From: Peptococcaceae bacterium
GTDB lineage: Bacteria > Bacillota > Desulfotomaculia > Desulfotomaculales > Desulfocucumaceae
Length of the DNA: 32,000 nucleotides
Direction of reading: 5' to 3'
Assembly: GCA_037444185.1 (NCBI GenBank)
Contig: JBBIMW010000002.1
Span: forward strand, 73,433 to 105,432
Shown: piece after piece, positions 9,330 through 17,403 of the stretch
How positions within the stretch are numbered: the first letter of the stretch is position 1
Layout: each line of letters opens with the position of its first letter
The notes under the pieces: generated by a model
What the model saw: the letters and a program-made list of their open reading frames with translations, nothing else
The model's database searches: none
Told to the model about the DNA's origin: nothing
Position numbers and translations under genes: made by a program

Positions 9330-9763
9330 TGGCAAGCACACCCCGATTCTTTACTGGCAGTCAGCCCTTTGTTGGGGCCCAGTTTTTTTACCCTGTCTGT
9401 CACTTCCCTGACCAGCTCGGCGAACCGTCCACCCTCGGCGGCGGATACCCAGGAAAAATTGATCCTGTCCCCGTCCACGCCGATGTACTCCATCAAGCTC
9501 TTCAGCAGGGCGAATTTCCTTCTGGCCACCAGGTTGCCACTAACATAGTGGCAGTCGCCCGGGTGTCACCCGGAGGTAAGCACGCCGTCCGCCCCGTTCT
9601 TAATGGCGGACATTATAAAAAGAGGGTTTATCCGGCCCGAGCAGGGTATGCGTATGACGCGTATGTTCGGGGGGTACTGGATGCGGCTCACGCCGGCCAG
9701 ATCCGCCCCCGCGTAACTGCACCAGTTGCATAGAAACGCCACTATTTTCGGTTCCCATTCCAT
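9317..9763 (-). CDS. mvhD: MvhD/FlxD-like [2Fe-2S] protein, paralog 2, with in-frame UGA (probable Sec) at 9566-9568
   Basis: Track ORFs 9566..9763 and 9317..9529 are in the same frame and are separated only by one TGA plus 12 sense codons. The joined product is 148 aa: ...[28 protein letters not shown].... Paralog 1 has Cys at this position (GVLVAGCLEGDCHF). The ATG at 9763 has GGGGGAGGG 7 nt upstream. Confidence 0.8.
9536..9552 (-). promoter_or_regulatory. Candidate bacterial SECIS hairpin for mvhD paralog 2
   Basis: The minus-strand RNA GCCACUA-UGU-UAGUGGC forms a perfect 7-bp stem with a 3-nt loop and starts exactly 13 nt 3' of the UGA. Confidence 0.5.
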
Positions 9764-9785
9764 AATCTGTCCCTCCCCCTGTCCT

Positions 9786-12700
9786 TTATATGGCGCAGAT
9801 CATGGCCATGATCTGCTCGTCGGTGCATCCCTTTACGTTCAGTGCCCCGCAGCGGCAGGATGATGAGCAGGCCCCGCAGCCCTTGCAGAGGGCCTCGTTG
9901 ACCAGAGCCACTTTCTCGGTCGGGTCCACCGTCACCGCCCTGGCCGGGCACACCGACTCGCAAACACCGCAGCCGGCGCACCTTTTCTTGTTGACCACGG
10001 CGCACTTGCCCTCCACATTGATGGACTCCTTGGCCAGCACTGTGCAGGCCCTGGCCACGGCAGCCTTGGCCTGGGAGATGTTTTCCTCCATGTTTTTAGG
10101 TCCGTGGGCCAGACCGCACATGAAAACGCCGTCGGTGCCGAAGTCTACCGGCCGGAGCTTTAAGTGGGCCTCCAGGAAGAACCCTTCCTGGTTCAGCGGC
10201 ACTTTGAAGAACTGCGAGAGCCGGCTGTTTTCGGACGGCACTATGGCGGCCGCCAGCCCGACAACGTCGGCGTCGATGAGCACCGGCACCCCCAGCACGT
10301 GGTCGGTCACCGTCACCTTAACCTTATCCCCGTCCGCCTCCACCACGGGCTTGTCGTCCAAAGAATAGCGTATGAAGATGACCCCCCGGCGCCGGGCCTC
10401 GGTGTACAGATCCTCGTAAAATCCGTAGGACCGGATGTCCCTGTAGAGTATGAACACATTGGCGTCCGGGTTTGTCTCCTTGACTTTCAGCGCCTGTTTG
10501 ATGGACTTGGTGCAGCAAATGCGGCTGCAGTACGGGCGTTCCGGCTCCCGGGAGCCCACGCACTGAATGAACACCACATTGTTCAATCCGGCCAGTCCGC
10601 CTTCGGCCAGGTCGGACTCCAGTTCCAGCAGTGTCTTGATCCTGTTGTTCCGGCCGTACAGATATTCCGTCGGCGTGTATTCCTGTCCGCCGGTGGCGAT
10701 GATGGTTACTCCGTGCTGCAACTCCTCACCGCTGGACAGTTTGGTCACGAAATTGCCTACGAATCCGTGCACCTCGGCAATTTCAGCCTCTGTATACACT
10801 TTAATCAGTTCGTTGGATTTTACCTTTTCAACAAGGTCGCTCAGATACGACTGGATGTCTTCCCCTTTCATTCCGTAACGGATGCGGCTGGCAATGCCTC
10901 CCAGCCGGTCGGACTTCTCCACCAGGCTCACTTTATATCCCTGGGCGGCCATATTCAGGGCCGCATTCATTCCCGATACCCCGCCGCCGATGATCAGGGC
11001 GTCATGGTTCATGCCCAGGCTGATTCCCTTGATGGGCTCTTGCAGGGCTGCTTTGCAAACGGCCATTTTGACCAGGTCCTTGGCCTTTTCTGTGGCTTTT
11101 TCGGGATCGGCCTGGTGCACCCAGGAACATTGATCCCTTATATTGGCCATTTCGTAGAGGTTGGGGTTCAGCCCCGCCTCTTTCAGTGTTTCCTGGAACA
11201 TGGACTCATGGGTTCTGGGGCTGCACGACGCCACCACAATGCGGTTGAGGTTGTACTTTACAATTGCTTCTCTGATTTGTCCCGATGTGTCCTGGGAGCA
11301 GGCATACAGCTTCTCATCGGCGAAAACAACTCCGGCCAGGGTCTTGGAGTATTCCACCACCTCCGGCACCCTCACCACGCTGCCGATGTTGATTCCGCAA
11401 TGGCACACAAATACACCGGTGCGCACTATCTCACCGGTAACGTCACGCTCCGGAGGATACTCCTTTTTTCTGACCAGGGTGCCCCTGACGCCGGAGAGTA
11501 TCACCGAAGAGTCAGCCGCCGCGGCGCTGGCCTGCATGACGGTCTCCGGAATGTCCCTGGGGCCGCTGAAGGCGCCGGCCACATATATTCCCGGCTTGTT
11601 GGTGCCTACTCCGGTAAAGCTGGGGGGCTCGGCGAAATTAAATTTGTTCAGATCCACACCCAGTTTTCCGGCCAGTTCCGCCACTTCCCCGGAGGGCTCC
11701 AGCCCTATGGAAAGAACCACCAAATCGAACTCCTCTTCTGAAATGGACCCATCCTCGTTGGAGTAACGTATCCTTAGATTTCCGCTGCCGTCGGCGGCCT
11801 CGGCAACCTCGTACACCCTGGACCGGATGAATCGCACACCATGCTCTTCCCTAGCCCGGTCATAGTATTTTTCAAACTCTTTGCCGTATGTTCTCATGTC
11901 CATGAAAAATATGGCGGTATCCAGTCCGTAAGGAGAGTGTTCCTTGGCGATGACCGCTTCCTTGATGGCGTACATACAGCACACCGATGAGCAAAAGCCG
12001 TGGTCAATCCTGCAATTTCTGGACCCAACGCACTGAATCCAGGCGATTTTCCCCGGCTCCTTGTGGTCCGACGGACGAACCAGATGGCCCCCAAAAGGGC
12101 CCGATGCGCTTAATATGCGCTCGAACTCAAGGCTGGTCAGTACATTGGAAAACTTGCCGTATCCGTAGTAGAACAGCTGCTTTGGCCGGAATGCGTCAAA
12201 ACCTGGGGCCATAATGACCGATCCCACTTTTACCTCGATGGTCTGATCCTCCATAGAATGGTCTATGGCGTTGGCCTGACAGGTCTCAAGACATTTTCCG
12301 CAGGCTTTGGGTTTCTTGATTTTAAGGCAGTTGTCCCTGTCAATGGCGTAGGCGTTGGGATACGCCTGGGCGTAAAGTTTATAGATGGCTTTACGTTTGC
12401 CCAGGCCCTGGTTGAATTCGTCGCCGACTTTTTTCGGGCACTCTTCGGTACAGCTGCCGCAGCCGGTGCATTTGTCCGGGTCCACCAGCCGGGCTTTTTT
12501 AAGTATGGTGGCGGTGAAATTGCCGGGCTCACCCTTGATATCAACAAGTTCTGCCCCGGTTAAGGTTTCGATGTTCAAATGGCGGCCGCACTCCACCAGC
12601 TTGGGCGACAGTATGCACATGGAGCAGTCGTTGGTGGGAAAGGTCTTGTCCAGCATCGGCATTGTGCCGCCGATGGCCGGTTTCTTTTCCACCAGGTAGA

Positions 12701-12800
12701 CGTAGTAGCCTGACTCGGCCAGATCCAGGGATGCCTGTATGCCGGCTATTCCGGCGCCCAAAATCAGCACGGCCCCGACCTTTTCGGGTGTGTTGGTCAT
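9786..12800 (-). CDS. hdrA: Large HdrA-like flavoprotein, paralog 2 (1004 aa)
   Basis: Collinear with 2107..5145 and clearly paralogous to it. It has the same double GxGxxG, double CVGSR..CSS/Rx[14 protein letters not shown] and C-terminal 2x CxxCxxCxxxCP architecture. Confidence 0.9.
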   Translation of the reverse strand: MTNTPEKVGAVLILGAGIAGIQASLDLAESGYYVYLVEKKPAIGGTMPMLDKTFPTNDCSMCILSPKLVECGRHLNIETLTGAELVDIKGEPGNFTATILKKARLVDPDKCTGCGSCTEECPKKVGDEFNQGLGKRKAIYKLYAQAYPNAYAIDRDNCLKIKKPKACGKCLETCQANAIDHSMEDQTIEVKVGSVIMAPGFDAFRPKQLFYYGYGKFSNVLTSLEFERILSASGPFGGHLVRPSDHKEPGKIAWIQCVGSRNCRIDHGFCSSVCCMYAIKEAVIAKEHSPYGLDTAIFFMDMRTYGKEFEKYYDRAREEHGVRFIRSRVYEVAEAADGSGNLRIRYSNEDGSISEEEFDLVVLSIGLEPSGEVAELAGKLGVDLNKFNFAEPPSFTGVGTNKPGIYVAGAFSGPRDIPETVMQASAAAADSSVILSGVRGTLVRKKEYPPERDVTGEIVRTGVFVCHCGINIGSVVRVPEVVEYSKTLAGVVFADEKLYACSQDTSGQIREAIVKYNLNRIVVASCSPRTHESMFQETLKEAGLNPNLYEMANIRDQCSWVHQADPEKATEKAKDLVKMAVCKAALQEPIKGISLGMNHDALIIGGGVSGMNAALNMAAQGYKVSLVEKSDRLGGIASRIRYGMKGEDIQSYLSDLVEKVKSNELIKVYTEAEIAEVHGFVGNFVTKLSSGEELQHGVTIIATGGQEYTPTEYLYGRNNRIKTLLELESDLAEGGLAGLNNVVFIQCVGSREPERPYCSRICCTKSIKQALKVKETNPDANVFILYRDIRSYGFYEDLYTEARRRGVIFIRYSLDDKPVVEADGDKVKVTVTDHVLGVPVLIDADVVGLAAAIVPSENSRLSQFFKVPLNQEGFFLEAHLKLRPVDFGTDGVFMCGLAHGPKNMEENISQAKAAVARACTVLAKESINVEGKCAVVNKKRCAGCGVCESVCPARAVTVDPTEKVALVNEALCKGCGACSSSCRCGALNVKGCTDEQIMAMICAI

Positions 12801-13021
12801 ATTTTAATCACATCCGTCCTCGAAAAAAAATTATTAACCTATACTCCCCTTCCGACATTGACCATACATCGATGTGCAATCATACATAAGCTTCAGGCGG
12901 CATTGCGGGAATGCACTGGAATACACCCCACCTCCGTTCCAATCCCTTGAAAAATAATACTTGTTTTTAACCTGCATAAAACCCGCGCCCGGCCTTGTCC
13001 GCATTCATGCTAAATATACCA

Positions 13022-13075
13022 GTACAAAAAAACGGCACCGTAGCCCGGATTCATCAACTGATCCGGGGCGGCACT
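13022..13075 (-). terminator. Possible intrinsic terminator or attenuator (minus strand)
   Basis: Stem CCCGGAU/AUCCGGG (13061-13067 with 13044-13050) with a 10-nt loop, then 11 nt, then U7 (13026-13032). The gap between stem and U-tract is longer than usual, so confidence is modest. Confidence 0.35.
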
Positions 13076-13136
13076 GGTGCATGCTTTTTTAGAAAGCTGG
13101 TTCAAAAAGCTTCCGGCTGTTGGACACTCTGCACCT

Positions 13137-13166
13137 AGTATAATATTTCTGAACTATTACTGTCAA
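13137..13166 (-). promoter_or_regulatory. Near-consensus sigma-A-type promoter (minus strand)
   Basis: TTGACA (13166..13161), an 18-nt spacer, then TATACT (13142..13137). It lies in the gap between the acsE stop (13246) and hdrA-2 (12800). Confidence 0.4.
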
Positions 13167-13245
13167 TTCCTTTAGAAATACGGCCCCTTTGTACACAATC
13201 CGAATTTTTTCAACATTTTTATTGTCAACGGTAAATTATTAATCC

Positions 13246-14040
13246 TTATCCCCGCCTGAAGGTCTTCAGGAAGGAATCGCAGTATATGTTTTTGTTCAAA
13301 AAAATATTGCCCGCCGCCACAGCGTCCAGCAGCAGCGGGTCGTCCACCTCCGCAATTACGGAATCCAGCCCCGCCGCCATGCACATGACCAGAAAGGTCC
13401 GGTTCAGCAGGCGCCGGTCACTGCAGCGCTGGGAGGCGTTGGAAAGCCCCAGGGTGGTCCGCACACCGGGCGCCAGTGTTTTGATTTGCCGGATGGCCCC
13501 CAGCACTTCCACCCCGTGTTCCTGGGCTACATTGGCGGGCAGCATCAGCGGGTCGATGAAAAGATCTTCCATGGCGATACCGCGCATGTCGGCGTTGACC
13601 ACTATTTCCATGGCCAGGGCGACCCGGTCGGCGGCGCTTTTGGGCACACCGCCCTCGTTCATGGTCAGTCCGATGATGGCTGCGCTGTATTTGGCCGCCA
13701 TGGGCAGGTAAAGGTCCAGCTTCCACTGGTCGGCCTGGGTGGAGTTAATCATCACCTTGCCGTGCCTGTTGGCTGCGCATCCCGCCTCGATGGCCCCGGG
13801 GTTGGCGGAGTCGATGCAGCAGGGCAGGGGAACGGTGTCGTTGCATATATTGACCAGCCACTCCATTACTGCGGGCTGTTCCTTCGATTCCACAGAAGGG
13901 CCGGTGTTTACGTCAAGGTAGTGCGCCCCCGCTTCATACTGGCGCCTTGCCCAGTGCCTGACGGGACCCGGGTCCCGGTTTATTATTGCCGTCCTTATAT
14001 CCGTAAACATGCCGTTTATCCGTTCACCAATGAGGATCAT
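13246..14040 (-). CDS. acsE: Methyl-THF:corrinoid/Fe-S protein methyltransferase (pterin-binding MeTr)
   Basis: 264 aa with MILIGERINGMF, DVNTG, CIDS and GLSNASQ motifs typical of AcsE and pterin-binding (DHPS-like) domains. It lies downstream of acsD. Confidence 0.9.
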   Translation of the reverse strand: MILIGERINGMFTDIRTAIINRDPGPVRHWARRQYEAGAHYLDVNTGPSVESKEQPAVMEWLVNICNDTVPLPCCIDSANPGAIEAGCAANRHGKVMINSTQADQWKLDLYLPMAAKYSAAIIGLTMNEGGVPKSAADRVALAMEIVVNADMRGIAMEDLFIDPLMLPANVAQEHGVEVLGAIRQIKTLAPGVRTTLGLSNASQRCSDRRLLNRTFLVMCMAAGLDSVIAEVDDPLLLDAVAAGNIFLNKNIYCDSFLKTFRRG

Positions 14041-14081
14041 GCGCCGGCCCTCCTTAATTCCCTGCTGTGTGCCTTATTCTA

Positions 14082-15023
14082 TCAGGAACGCAGCATTTTG
14101 TCGATGTGCGCCCGGAGGTGCTTCAACGACTCCGGATGCCGCAGTACAAGCAGTGATCCTCCGGCCTGCGCCAGGGCGGTGGCTGTAAGTGTTTCCCAAA
14201 GTATGGCCCGGCGCTCCCGGTCGCCCCACTCTGGGATTTCACCGGTGGCGCTCCTGGCTTCCCTAGACTTCCATGCCTCCTGTCCCACAAAGCAGACCAT
14301 CGGCATGGCCAGCATCCTGTCACCGGTAAGGGCGCTGATCCGGGTCCGTTCCATAATGGAATACGCGTATTCAATACCATAGCCCAGGGCCCCCACCGAG
14401 GGGTCGATGATGATCCGGTTGGGCGGCATATTCATTTCCGTAATCAGAATGTTTAATTGTTTTTCCAGACTGATATCCAAGGGGGTGGAGGGAATTATGC
14501 TATGCCCGTACACCATGCAGGCGGCGGTTACGGCCTTGTAGTTCCCGGGAGTGGCGCAGCCGAGGGCGATGTTTCTGCCGGCCAGGAACTCGGCAACTTT
14601 TTCTATTATCCGGGCATCTTTTTCTTCCTCGCCGCATCCAAGAATGACAAGGGGTGCGCTCACCCCGTCGGCAACATTCCTGGCCACCCGGGCGCATTCT
14701 TCGGGGCTGGTGTTCCGGTTGTCCGGATGGGCACTGATCAGTGTCAGGCAGACCACATCGGCGCCGTAATCCACGCATTTTTTTGCCCAGGCCGCCGGGT
14801 CCCCCAGTACTCCGGCATAGGGGCCGGTAAGAATGTCCGGCCAGTCGGAGGGCACCATGTCCCACACTTCCAGGGCCACCGCCGGGCGGTTGGGAATTTC
14901 TCCCTCGAAATGGAGGAAGGGCAGGGTGGCCTCACCTCCTATTTTAACCGCGCCGGAACCTGTTCCCAGCACCACTTCCGCAACCTTGCCGGTCCATCTT
15001 TCTCTGGCTATGGTAACGGCCAT
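14082..15023 (-). CDS. acsD: Corrinoid/Fe-S protein small subunit (CFeSP delta, AcsD/CdhD family)
   Basis: Its sequence is paralogous to 19736..20659 (GGE..LPF..FEG, ALEVWD, DPSVGALGYG). The track start is 15032. The ATG at 15023 has GGAAAGGA 8 nt upstream. Confidence 0.88.
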   Translation of the reverse strand: MAVTIARERWTGKVAEVVLGTGSGAVKIGGEATLPFLHFEGEIPNRPAVALEVWDMVPSDWPDILTGPYAGVLGDPAAWAKKCVDYGADVVCLTLISAHPDNRNTSPEECARVARNVADGVSAPLVILGCGEEEKDARIIEKVAEFLAGRNIALGCATPGNYKAVTAACMVYGHSIIPSTPLDISLEKQLNILITEMNMPPNRIIIDPSVGALGYGIEYAYSIMERTRISALTGDRMLAMPMVCFVGQEAWKSREARSATGEIPEWGDRERRAILWETLTATALAQAGGSLLVLRHPESLKHLRAHIDKMLRS

Positions 15024-15123
15024 GATTGACATCCTTTCCTGTAATATATAACTTGAAAATGGCTCATTCCGCGCTCCTCACCCCGTCATTCTCACGGGCT
15101 GCGGGCAGCCGGCCCCCGGACAG

Positions 15124-15882
15124 TTAAAGCACGGATGTTTTATGCAGAATTTCTTTGACGGCGGTCACCACCGGGTTGTCTTCGGGCAATTCCACCAGCG
15201 GTTTGCCCTGCAGATCATAGGTGAAAACTTGATGGTCCCTGGGGATGGCGCCTATGAAATCCAGCCCGGTCCGCCGTATTTCTTCCTGCAGGGACTCTAT
15301 GGAACCATCGTCCACCCTGGAAACCACCAGATACATTTTCTTCACATCCAGGGCCAGGGAATTCACCAGTTTTTTAATCCTTCCGGCGGACCGGACGCCC
15401 CGGACGCTGGCGTCGCTGGTGACGAAGAGAATATCCACATTCTGGGTGGTGCGCCTGCTCAGGTGCTCCAGGCCCGCCTCGTTGTCCATAACTACATAGG
15501 GGTAATTATTGCTCAATTTATACACAAAATTCCGCACCAGATTGTTCACAAAGCAGTAGCAGCCGGATCCTTCCGGGCCGCCCATGACCATCAAGTCCAC
15601 GTTATCGCTTTCCGCCAGGGACTGATGGACTTTGTAGGCCACGTACTGATCCTTGGTCATGCCCGCCGGTAAGGGCTCCAGGTTGTTGTTCACCCGGGCT
15701 ATGAGTTCGGCTATCGTATCGTTAACTTCAATTCCCAGGGCCTCGTTCAGGTTCGCATTGGCGTCGGCATCCACGGCCAGCACCGGCCCCTTCCCGTTTT
15801 TGACCAGTTGCCCTATAATCAGTGCTGCCAGAGTGGTCTTGCCCGTTCCGCCCTTGCCGGCGAGGGCAATGGTAAATGCCAT
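15124..15882 (-). CDS. cooC: CooC/AcsF-type nickel-insertion ATPase (CODH/ACS maturation)
   Basis: P-loop GKGGTGKTT immediately after the start and a CxC metal motif (GSGCYCFVNN). The ATG at 15882 has GGAAGGTG 5 nt upstream. The track start TTG 15903 has no such site. Confidence 0.85.
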   Translation of the reverse strand: MAFTIALAGKGGTGKTTLAALIIGQLVKNGKGPVLAVDADANANLNEALGIEVNDTIAELIARVNNNLEPLPAGMTKDQYVAYKVHQSLAESDNVDLMVMGGPEGSGCYCFVNNLVRNFVYKLSNNYPYVVMDNEAGLEHLSRRTTQNVDILFVTSDASVRGVRSAGRIKKLVNSLALDVKKMYLVVSRVDDGSIESLQEEIRRTGLDFIGAIPRDHQVFTYDLQGKPLVELPEDNPVVTAVKEILHKTSVL

Positions 15883-15959
15883 ATCAGCACCTTCCTTTCT
15901 CAAAAAAATGGTTTTTCACCCGGAAAACAGCGAAATATAAAGCATGTGCCGCAATGCCC

Positions 15960-17303
15960 TCAGGCCCTCCAGAGCTGTTTTATGAAGGAAGGTATGCCGG
16001 AAGATTCCTGCGGCCCCACCAGTACTTCCCAGCCGGAAAGCTCCCGGATCTTGCCGCTTAAAACAGCCACGCCGCCGGGGATGATAACCCTGCGGTGGTT
16101 CACCCGTTCGGCAATGCCGGAATTGGTCAGCATTTCCGCGACTTTTTCTGGCGTGAACCTGCCGGCGGCCCAGCCGGTCAGCACCGAAGTGCCGTCGGTG
16201 TCCACCGGCAGGATATATCCCGGCACCCGGCTGGCCTCCACATCACCCGCCATACAGAAGTAGGTGAGGGAAAAATTGGTGGTGATGTATACCGGCGCGT
16301 CCGGCCCCGGCTGGCCGATCTCATAAATCCTGGACTCTATGGCAATAGGTTTTTGCGGGTCTGTATAGATATTCAGCCGCAGGGTAATCAGTGACAAAAC
16401 ATCCGCCGGGTCCACCGATTCTATAACTACAATGCCCGCATATTTGGCGATGTAGACACCGGCTTCCACAACGGACTGAAGGGGATCTTCAGCGCTGGCG
16501 AAGGTTATGGTGGGGTATCCGAAGGGTTTGAAGCGTTTTAGGGCCAGCCGGCGGATCTGGGTCTGATCCGCCAGAACAAGGTGCGCATCCCTGGCGCCGG
16601 AATCCAGGAACAATTGCTTGTGTCCCAGGGCCGCCACTTTTTCCACCAGCCCGGCCAGGCTGTCCAGGCTGGTTCCCTTTACCGCCAGAGGCGCTTCGTA
16701 CCTCCTGGCCAGGGCGGTCATGGCATTATAATTGGTTTCATCGGCGCCGCAAAGCAGGGGCTTTCCCGGTCCGGCGATTTCCAGCGCTTTTTCCATGGAT
16801 CCGGGGTCGGCGGTGATCAGTATCAGCGGGTATCCGGTGTTTTCGGCCACCATTTTCACCGTTGCGGCAAATCTGTCCCGATCGTTGGAACAATTGCAGA
16901 CAGCCACCAGGTCTATTCGATATTCCCGGCCCACACGGTCGAAAACCAGCCCATTGATTTTTTCCACCCTGGCGGCCACTTCCTCCATATCCAGGGTGTC
17001 ACAAACGCTGACGGCTATGCCCGTGGGGTTTTCAAAGCGCTTGTCATGGCGGAAGAGAACAGTCTCATTGCCCAAGGCCAGTTGTTTCTCTCCGGCGCCT
17101 ATTTTCACCAGGGCCACCGGCGGGGCGGAAGCGGCGCCCAGGATTTCCCTGGCTTCATCGCCGACATGGGGACACTGATCCAGCCCGGCTTTTCCGGAAA
17201 CCATGGCCATGGCAAATGCCAGACAAGTTGCTTGACCACATTCTTTACAATTGGTTTTCGGCAGCAGCTTAAAAATTTCCAGGCCCGTCAAACCCATTGC
17301 CAT
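15960..17303 (-). CDS. acsC: Corrinoid/Fe-S protein large subunit (CFeSP gamma, AcsC/CdhE family)
   Basis: N-terminal [4Fe-4S] motif NCKECGQATCLAFAMAMVSGKAGLDQCP. Paralogous to 21717..23090. The ATG at 17303 is preceded by AAAGGAGAA, and the track start at 17369 adds 22 non-conserved residues. Confidence 0.9.
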   Translation of the reverse strand: MAMGLTGLEIFKLLPKTNCKECGQATCLAFAMAMVSGKAGLDQCPHVGDEAREILGAASAPPVALVKIGAGEKQLALGNETVLFRHDKRFENPTGIAVSVCDTLDMEEVAARVEKINGLVFDRVGREYRIDLVAVCNCSNDRDRFAATVKMVAENTGYPLILITADPGSMEKALEIAGPGKPLLCGADETNYNAMTALARRYEAPLAVKGTSLDSLAGLVEKVAALGHKQLFLDSGARDAHLVLADQTQIRRLALKRFKPFGYPTITFASAEDPLQSVVEAGVYIAKYAGIVVIESVDPADVLSLITLRLNIYTDPQKPIAIESRIYEIGQPGPDAPVYITTNFSLTYFCMAGDVEASRVPGYILPVDTDGTSVLTGWAAGRFTPEKVAEMLTNSGIAERVNHRRVIIPGGVAVLSGKIRELSGWEVLVGPQESSGIPSFIKQLWRA

Positions 17304-17403
17304 TGTTCTCCTTTCCTGAAGTCTTCCTGGGGAGTGTTGCGAAACCTGTCCCGGGGACGCCGGGTGCATAGCCTTCCGGCCGAAGCCCGGACAAAGGTCC
17401 CGG

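Noticed and set aside
2107-12800. A search for in-frame UGA (Sec) codons in the two hdrA genes, because HdrA is a selenoprotein in some organisms.
   Set aside because: Both ORFs are uninterrupted and full length, with Cys at all motif positions I could inspect.
13112-13143. A perfect TATAAT on the plus strand (13138-13143) with TTGGAC upstream.
   Set aside because: The spacer is only 13 nt, and transcription would run antisense into acsE with no plus-strand gene to serve. The same bases form the -10 region of the better-spaced minus-strand promoter.
13172-13384. A 70-aa minus-strand ORF spanning the acsE 3' end and the downstream gap.
   Set aside because: It overlaps acsE out of frame, is Gly/Ala/Arg-rich and has no ribosome-binding site. 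The promoter-like site lies inside it.
15033-15123. A short hairpin CCCGU-GAGAAUG-ACGGG in the cooC/acsD gap, considered as a possible terminator.
   Set aside because: It has only 5 bp, no U-tract, and sits in a short gap within an operon.
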